From positions 654,970 through 718,969 of the forward strand of contig CBDCLO010000002.1 of assembly GCA_965218725.1 (NCBI GenBank): a stretch of DNA of 64,000 nucleotides, read 5' to 3'. The DNA comes from Nitrosopumilaceae archaeon. Lineage in GTDB: Archaea > Thermoproteota > Nitrososphaeria > Nitrososphaerales > Nitrosopumilaceae. A model generated the notes under the pieces. That model saw only the letters and a list, made by a program, of their open reading frames with translations, made no database searches and was not told the origin of the DNA. Each line of letters opens with the position of its first letter. Positions within the stretch are counted from its first letter, which is position 1. This document shows, in pieces, positions 57,862 to 64,000 of this stretch. The position numbers and the translations under genes were made by a program.

Positions 57862-58143
57862 ATGAATCTCAGTGTAATGAATTCATCAAAAGACCAAATT
57901 TATTTATCAATAAAAAAATTTGATATTGGAGTTTTATATATTGTACAATATGAATTACTTAAAAATACTGATTTTGTTGGTGTAATCATTAAACATCCAT
58001 TAACAAATGAATGCTGGATGAGTGTAAGATCATCTAAAAGTAGTCCCACAAAAAAAATCATCTCGGCTACAAATTATGCAATTGGTGCACTTGATAAAAT
58101 AAAAAATACATTTGATTATGAAATTGAGGCAAAATCTAAATGA
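57862..58143 (+). CDS. rpoL: DNA-directed RNA polymerase subunit L (Rpo11)
   Basis: 93 aa; ...VGVIIKHPLTNECWMSVRS...P...A matches the Rpo11 HPL block and size. Lies directly upstream of tfs, overlapping it as ATGA. Confidence 0.55.
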   Translation: MNLSVMNSSKDQIYLSIKKFDIGVLYIVQYELLKNTDFVGVIIKHPLTNECWMSVRSSKSSPTKKIISATNYAIGALDKIKNTFDYEIEAKSK

Positions 58144-58442
58144 GGTTTTGTCCAGAATGTGATGTAAGATTAAAAAAAGTTGATTCTATATTAAAATGCT
58201 TGAAGTGTGGTTATATAGAAAATAAATTTAATGCAGTGAAGAAAACAACAAAACAAAACTCTGAATTTAATATAGTAGAAAATGATGAAATAATGTCCAA
58301 ACCTACAATTAGTATTCAATGTGAGAAATGTGATAACTCTAAAGCTGTTTGGTGGATGATACAAACACGAAGTGCTGATGAACCTACAACACAGTTTTAT
58401 CGTTGTACTAAGTGTAGTCATACCTGGCGTAATTATGCATAA
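58140..58442 (+). CDS. tfs: transcription factor S (TFS; TFIIS/RpoM-like)
   Basis: N-terminal ribbon CPEC...CLKCG. C-terminal ribbon CEKC...QTRSADEPTTQFYRCTKCSHTW with the acidic DE loop. Confidence 0.85.
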   Translation: MRFCPECDVRLKKVDSILKCLKCGYIENKFNAVKKTTKQNSEFNIVENDEIMSKPTISIQCEKCDNSKAVWWMIQTRSADEPTTQFYRCTKCSHTWRNYA

Positions 58443-58471
58443 CTTAAATAATTTAAGGTATTGTATGTGAA

Positions 58472-59218
58472 TTGACATTTTTGGCTAAAACTAATAGCTC
58501 AGATAATCTAAAAGCAATAATATCAGCAATATCCACATTAGTAGAAGAAGCGACATTTGTAGCTAATACAGACGGAATTACATTTAGAGGAATGGATCCA
58601 TCACATGTAGCATTGATAGATATATCGTGGCCTAATTCTGCTTTTGAAAAATATGAATGTGATGGGGATATAAAATTTGGTGTGCGTATCGATGAACTTT
58701 CAAAACTAATAAAACGTGCTAACAAAAAGGATTGCATAGAAATACGTATCTCTAATGATAATATGCTACTTATAAAAATAGGAAAAATAAAAGAATACAA
58801 AATAAGACTAATAGAGAGCTCAGCAGTGGATACCCCACTGCCAAAAATATCATATGATGCTAAAATTGAATTAACATCTGCCGCATTTGATAAGATATTG
58901 GGTGATGTACAAGTTGTATCAGACTATCTGACACTAAAATCATCTTCTCCAAAAGTAGAATTTTCTGGTAAAGGGGATTCTGGTGAAGTATTAATAAACA
59001 TTGAAAAACAAATGGATGAAGTTATTGATATAAGATCAACAGATACTGTTGTGGGCACTTATAGTTTAGAATACCTCAATCCAGTAGTTAAGGCCGTAGG
59101 AAATACAGCGGACTCTATAACTTGTGAATATTCTACTGCAAAACCATTACGAATGGAATTCAGGATAACCAATATTGGTAGAATACATTTTTACCTAGCC
59201 CCACGAGTAGAAAATTAA
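58472..59218 (+). CDS. pcn: DNA polymerase sliding clamp PCNA
   Basis: 248 aa; LKAIISAISTLVEEATFVANTDGITFRGMDPSHVALIDI plus a two-domain repeat pattern. TTG start. Confidence 0.85.
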   Translation: MTFLAKTNSSDNLKAIISAISTLVEEATFVANTDGITFRGMDPSHVALIDISWPNSAFEKYECDGDIKFGVRIDELSKLIKRANKKDCIEIRISNDNMLLIKIGKIKEYKIRLIESSAVDTPLPKISYDAKIELTSAAFDKILGDVQVVSDYLTLKSSSPKVEFSGKGDSGEVLINIEKQMDEVIDIRSTDTVVGTYSLEYLNPVVKAVGNTADSITCEYSTAKPLRMEFRITNIGRIHFYLAPRVEN

Positions 59219-59249
59219 GTAAAAATCTTATGTCGGATGTTTTTCTAGC

Positions 59250-60644
59250 TTGAAACTCGTAGTAAAATTTGATGGTAATTCTATTTCTACTTCGAATAAC
59301 ATACAAACCATATCAGAGTATCTATTACATATATCAAAAGAAAATCAAATAGCTGTTATTTGTTCAGCTATAAATGATACTACAGATAATTTAATACATG
59401 TTGCAGAATTCATAAAATCCAGAAACAAAAAAAAAACAAATCAAATAATTACAAAGATAGTAAAAAAACACAAACAAATTGCAATTGAATCAATTAAAAA
59501 AAAATCAATTCTAAAAAAATCAATAAAAAAATTGGATATTGATCTTAGTGAACTTGAGAAACTCTCAAGTGGGTTATTTACAATTGGAGAAGTAACTCCG
59601 CGTTCGCTTGATTATTTGATCTCATTTGGCGAGAGATTATCAATAAATATCATTTCATCAGTACTAAATAATTTAGGATGTTTATCTGAGTCGCTTACTG
59701 GCAAAGATGTAGGAATTACGACAGATTCTAATTTCGGTGAATCTAAACTTCTTGTTGACACTACAAAACTTTATGTGTCTAAAACAATAAATTCTTTATT
59801 TGCTAAAAAAATAACTCCAATAATAGGTGGATTTGTAGGTGCTGATCAATATGGAAATATAACTACATTTGGAAGAGGAGGCTCAGATTATACTGCAACC
59901 ATAATTGCATCTTGTATAGACGCAGATGAAATATGGTTTATGGGTAGTGTAGATGGATTAATGACAGCAGATCATGCAATAGTAAAAAGATCAAAAGTAA
60001 TTAAAGAAATTTCCTATGCAGAAGCAGTTGAAATGGCTATTTTTGGAGTAAAACATATTCATCCACGTACATTTGAACCACTATTTACAAAAAAAATACC
60101 TATGAGAATAAGAAACGCTTTTAATATAAAAAATAATGGAACGTATGTTACATCACATTTAACTAATAATAAAAACCCAATAAAATGTGTTAGTGTTATA
60201 AAGCATAATGGATTGATAGATGTGCGTGGAGGTAACATGGTTGGAATTCCAGGTACTGCAGCAAAAATATTTTTAACTTTAGCAAATGTAAATGTAAATG
60301 TAATGATGATTTCTCAAAATCCTTCCGAGTCTAGTATATCAATTGTTGTAAAAAAATCAGATCTTGACAAAGCTGTTAATTCACTAGAAATCAATTTACT
60401 AGGTAAGATGGTTAAAAATATAGATGTTACAACAAATGTTGCAACAGTTGCATTAATAGGTTCTGGTATGAGAGGCACTATAGGTATTGCTTCAAGAGTT
60501 TTTAGCATAATATCAAAAAAAAATGTTAATGTAGTAATGATTGCACAGGGATCCTCAGAATTAAACCTATCATTTATAGTCAAAGACTCTGATTGTGATT
60601 CTATTGTTCAGGCTTTACATGATGGGTTTAACCTATCAAAATAA
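59250..60644 (+). CDS. lysC: aspartate kinase
   Basis: LVVKFDGNSI, GRGGSDYTA, and two C-terminal ACT domains. TTG start. Confidence 0.85.
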   Translation: MKLVVKFDGNSISTSNNIQTISEYLLHISKENQIAVICSAINDTTDNLIHVAEFIKSRNKKKTNQIITKIVKKHKQIAIESIKKKSILKKSIKKLDIDLSELEKLSSGLFTIGEVTPRSLDYLISFGERLSINIISSVLNNLGCLSESLTGKDVGITTDSNFGESKLLVDTTKLYVSKTINSLFAKKITPIIGGFVGADQYGNITTFGRGGSDYTATIIASCIDADEIWFMGSVDGLMTADHAIVKRSKVIKEISYAEAVEMAIFGVKHIHPRTFEPLFTKKIPMRIRNAFNIKNNGTYVTSHLTNNKNPIKCVSVIKHNGLIDVRGGNMVGIPGTAAKIFLTLANVNVNVMMISQNPSESSISIVVKKSDLDKAVNSLEINLLGKMVKNIDVTTNVATVALIGSGMRGTIGIASRVFSIISKKNVNVVMIAQGSSELNLSFIVKDSDCDSIVQALHDGFNLSK

Positions 60645-60708
60645 ACTAAAATAATGATTGTATAAATCATACTAAAAAAATAAATGGAACAAATACTGAT
60701 TCCATGTA

Positions 60709-61479
60709 TTGAAAGGAAAGTTATATGTTGTAGGTGTAGGACCAGGTAATAACAGCCACATGACATTCTACGCAAAAAAAGCAATTAGTGAAAGTGATAC
60801 AATAGTAGGGTATGATACATACGTTAATTTAGTAAATGATCTACTTGGCAATAAAGCAGTTTATAGATATGCAATGACGCAGGAAGTTGAACGAGCACAT
60901 CGCTGTATAGATCTAGCTAAAAAAGGAAAAATAGTTTCACTAGTTTCTAGTGGTGATCCTGGAATATACGGAATGGCTGGATTAATTTATGAAATATTAG
61001 CTGAGTCTAACTGGGATCCAGAAAAAGATTTGAGAGTGGAAGTAATTCCTGGAGTTTCAGCATTAAACTCATGCTCTTCTTTAATTGGTTCACCACTAAT
61101 GACAGATTTTGCAGTATTGAGTATGAGTGACCTTCTTGTACCATGGGAAATAATAACAAAAAGAGTAGAAGCCGCTGCAAAAGGAGACTTTGTTATAGTG
61201 ATATACAATCCGTCTAGTAAAAAACGTATACATCAACTTAAAGATACAAGGGATATACTATTAAAATATAGACTGCCTACCACTCCTGTAGCAATTGTAA
61301 AAGGAGCATACCGCGAATCTGAAAAAATAGTAATTACTAACTTAAAAGATCTACAGAATCACTCTGACAAATTGGGCATGATTAGCACTGTAATCGTAGG
61401 CAATTCTAATACGTATAATTATAAAAATATACTAATAAATCCACGTGGTTATAAATCAAAATATAATTTGCAAAAATAA
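60709..61479 (+). CDS. cbiH: cobalt-precorrin-3 C17-methyltransferase CbiH
   Basis: KLYVVGVGPGNNSHMT...SDTIVGYDTYVNLV and SSGDPGIYGMAG. TTG start. Confidence 0.75.
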   Translation: MKGKLYVVGVGPGNNSHMTFYAKKAISESDTIVGYDTYVNLVNDLLGNKAVYRYAMTQEVERAHRCIDLAKKGKIVSLVSSGDPGIYGMAGLIYEILAESNWDPEKDLRVEVIPGVSALNSCSSLIGSPLMTDFAVLSMSDLLVPWEIITKRVEAAAKGDFVIVIYNPSSKKRIHQLKDTRDILLKYRLPTTPVAIVKGAYRESEKIVITNLKDLQNHSDKLGMISTVIVGNSNTYNYKNILINPRGYKSKYNLQK

Positions 61480-61483
61480 AAAA

Positions 61484-62533
61484 TTAATGTGAATTATTGT
61501 TTGATTTTCCATCTGTAATTTCAAAAATATTGTTGTATGGAGATAGCTTATTCCTGATGGGTTTTATTATTTTTATAAGATATCTTGATACTGTATTTTT
61601 TAAGTCAATAGGGTGTACCTTTTTATTTATAAAATCTGATTCTAACTGAGTATAGTTATAGTATATTTTATCACCACCAAATTTCTCTTGTCGCTCTATT
61701 TTTATTTCTTTAAATTCATGGTAAATTATACTACGCGCTATTTCTAATAATGGGTTATCACATTTATTACCAATTTCACACCACGACTTTTCAATTTTTT
61801 TTTTAATTACGTCGTCAGTATCATGCATAAATATCCCTGATTCAAGATTAGACTTACTCATTTTATTTATGGTATTTGATTCATACGATCCTAACAAACT
61901 TGGTAAAAGTCTATGGTGTATAGCTATAGGTACCTTCCATTTTAACTTTGGAAATACTTCCCTAACTACCATATGTATTTTACGTTGATCCATACCAGAA
62001 TGTGCAATATCTATATCCAATGAATGCATATCAGTAGCCTGCATAGAAGGATAAAGTAACTTAGCTAGATCTATTTTATCTTTTTCAGTTCTGCCCATAA
62101 TTGTTAAAGTTCTAATTGTACGTGGTAATGACATATTTTTTGCTACTTTAATTAAATCACTCCAATACCCATTCTGTATATTATAAAGATCTGATCCTGA
62201 TAATACCTCTGCACCTGGACAAACTACATTAAATGCATTAGTATAGTACCTTGAAATTTGTTTTATGTCATCGAGACTATCAATCTTATCATTAATTAAT
62301 GCGTGCCAATCAGCTAAAAATACCTTACATTTTATACCAACATTTAAAAAATCATTAATTTTAAAACCTATTATTATCAAACTTCCTAGATGCAAGCGAC
62401 CTGACACTTCTAACCCTATATAGTGTTTTGGTTGCGTGTTTGTTTCTAGAAGTACTGACAACTCATCATCAGTTACTATTTCTTCTGTTGGAGGTCTTTT
62501 AATTATGTCTATTTTTTTTCTAACATCCAACAC
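61484..62533 (-). CDS. tyrS: tyrosine--tRNA ligase
   Basis: Class I HIGH-like SGRLHLGS, FLADWHALIN (TyrRS-type) and KMSKS. GTG start. Confidence 0.8.
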   Translation of the reverse strand: MLDVRKKIDIIKRPPTEEIVTDDELSVLLETNTQPKHYIGLEVSGRLHLGSLIIIGFKINDFLNVGIKCKVFLADWHALINDKIDSLDDIKQISRYYTNAFNVVCPGAEVLSGSDLYNIQNGYWSDLIKVAKNMSLPRTIRTLTIMGRTEKDKIDLAKLLYPSMQATDMHSLDIDIAHSGMDQRKIHMVVREVFPKLKWKVPIAIHHRLLPSLLGSYESNTINKMSKSNLESGIFMHDTDDVIKKKIEKSWCEIGNKCDNPLLEIARSIIYHEFKEIKIERQEKFGGDKIYYNYTQLESDFINKKVHPIDLKNTVSRYLIKIIKPIRNKLSPYNNIFEITDGKSNNNSH

Positions 62534-62568
62534 ATCATGTTTTAATTATTTACCTATAAATTTACGTA

Positions 62569-63120
62569 TTATATACATTTTCTAGATCTTGTACTTAAGT
62601 AAAATGCATGAGAGCTTATTAAGAATGCAGCTAAAAACATTTTTGTTGCAAAAATTAAGTTCCACGGCCTATTAGCATCCGGATATGCGATAGTTAAAGA
62701 ATCTATATCTGGTATTTCATTATTTATTATTCCTGCAGTTATATGAGAACTTAATAATGCAAAATTGTATAGTACCTCATAAATACTTATTATTGAAAAA
62801 CCTAGCAACATGAGTTGTAATAATGACATTTTCCATGAATCTATTCTAACTGTATGTTTCCAACCTATCCTTGAAACACAATACCATCCTATTATACAAG
62901 AAAAAAATAACCATGTAGTGAGCTTAGCAAAATTTTTAAATGGAATTTCAGTTTTTACTAGAATTTCACCTACCACATAAGTATCTTTTTCTTGCCATTC
63001 TATTAACATGTGACATATCCCATAAACCATAATTGATGTCATTATAAATGACGATAGGTAAAATATATACAAAAATATTTTATAGCCAGAACTAGTCTTT
63101 TGTAAATTATATGTTTTCAA
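62569..63120 (-). CDS. polytopic membrane protein, hypothetical
   Basis: 183 aa, 5-6 TM helices, TTG start. Confidence 0.35.
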   Translation of the reverse strand: MKTYNLQKTSSGYKIFLYIFYLSSFIMTSIMVYGICHMLIEWQEKDTYVVGEILVKTEIPFKNFAKLTTWLFFSCIIGWYCVSRIGWKHTVRIDSWKMSLLQLMLLGFSIISIYEVLYNFALLSSHITAGIINNEIPDIDSLTIAYPDANRPWNLIFATKMFLAAFLISSHAFYLSTRSRKCI

Positions 63121-63197
63121 TACTGCAATTTTTTAATTTGATATATAAAAACTGATTGAAATACAACCAATTTTACATACACAATACAAAACTATAC

Positions 63198-63545
63198 TTA
63201 ATAATTATTTTTTTGTCTATCTCTATTTATATAATTTTTCTTTCTGTATTCTCTTAATATGTCTTCTGGATTTAAGTTAAGTTCTATTGATGCTTGAACT
63301 ACAAAATGCCAGATATCCACAAGTTCTTCTACAGCTTCAATTTTATTAAATTCTACAGGTTTTTTCCACCATTTCCAATTTGTTGTTCTTTGTAGTTCTA
63401 TTGCTTCATGCATTATTGCTGTACAAAGCACAATGATTTTCTTTTCTGTTGTACCTGGATATTTGGAAAGATCCATTTCTATTGATAATTCTTTTTGTAA
63501 TGAAAAAATCATATCCAGTTTATCTTTCATGAGATCTATAATCAT
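63198..63545 (-). CDS. all-alpha NTP pyrophosphohydrolase (MazG / dimeric-dUTPase-like)
   Basis: HEAIELQRTTNWKWWKK and EELVDIWHFVVQ acidic helix motifs. Confidence 0.5.
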   Translation of the reverse strand: MIIDLMKDKLDMIFSLQKELSIEMDLSKYPGTTEKKIIVLCTAIMHEAIELQRTTNWKWWKKPVEFNKIEAVEELVDIWHFVVQASIELNLNPEDILREYRKKNYINRDRQKNNY

Positions 63546-63560
63546 GTAAACTATATTAAT

Positions 63561-64000
63561 TCATAATTTTATCATTTTTTCATATTCTTTGATTCTGCTC
63601 ATTATTTGAATTTTTTTTAAATTCAATAAACCATCAATCCCATAGTTTTCTACAGTAAATGATCCTAGTATGTTACCATAAATAATGGATTTTTTTATAT
63701 TTTTTACATTTATAGTTCTTTTATAATTTAAATAACCCATCATTGCACCTCCAAAAGAATCACCTGCACCAGTAGGGTCTTTTATATTTTCTAAAGGAAA
63801 TGCTGCCACAGGAAAAACTATATCCTCATAAAAAAGTATAGATCCATGTTCGCCTTTTTTTATTATTACACATTTGGTCCCTAGCTCTATAATCTTTTTT
63901 GCGCACTTAACTAAATTAGATTCTTTTGTTAATAATCTAGCTTCTTCGTCATTGATTGTAACAACATCCACATTTTTGATCATCTTAATTACTGATGATT
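63561..64000 (-). CDS. PfkB-family carbohydrate/nucleoside kinase (3' part; gene continues past the window end)
   Basis: DPTGAGDSFGGAMMGYL anion-hole motif. The frame is open upstream of the track Met through to position 64000. Confidence 0.7.
   Translation of the reverse strand, partial: SSVIKMIKNVDVVTINDEEARLLTKESNLVKCAKKIIELGTKCVIIKKGEHGSILFYEDIVFPVAAFPLENIKDPTGAGDSFGGAMMGYLNYKRTINVKNIKKSIIYGNILGSFTVENYGIDGLLNLKKIQIMSRIKEYEKMIKL

Noticed and set aside
1-64000. Searched by eye for CRISPR arrays, IS elements/transposases, integrases, rRNA genes and toxin-antitoxin or defence islands
   Set aside because: None found. The only exact tandem repeat is the thermosome tail, and every large ORF has either a housekeeping motif or an ordinary hypothetical character.

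Overview
The window is an AT-rich archaeal chromosomal segment, roughly 30% GC by eye, densely packed with housekeeping genes on both strands. PolD subunits occur together with an ESCRT-III/CdvB-type division protein, alongside TFB, TFS, PCNA, Orc1/Cdc6, PriS/PriL, GINS, a thermosome and many cobalamin (cbi) genes. That combination points to a Nitrosopumilales-type thaumarchaeon; this is inference, as no database search was possible. All product calls rest on motifs I recognise in the supplied translations or in my own hand translations. I see no CRISPR array, transposase, integrase, rRNA or obvious defence island, so this looks like core genome rather than an accessory region. The most notable features are: (1) a probable replication origin upstream of orc1/cdc6 (16.0-16.4 kb), with one ORB-like element, a ~12% GC stretch, a striking array of TGTTAA half-sites including two identical 13-bp perfect palindromes, and three small predicted DNA-binding proteins next to it; (2) a free-standing 127-aa ORF that looks like the C-terminal Zn-finger/DP1-binding module of the PolD large subunit; (3) a homoserine kinase gene whose conserved first ~100 codons have no ATG/GTG/TTG start; (4) a 2H-phosphoesterase (LigT/ThpR) gene interrupted by a single-base frameshift, sitting in a tightly overlapped ligT-cca-kinase operon within a tRNA-end-processing neighbourhood; (5) a ThiI/THUMP-like protein with a degenerate PP-loop, divergent from cysH-sat. 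Several short inverted repeats, small unannotated ORFs and long empty intergenic gaps are also listed. I did not find convincing evidence of a wholly new multi-gene system, so the items above are leads rather than discoveries.
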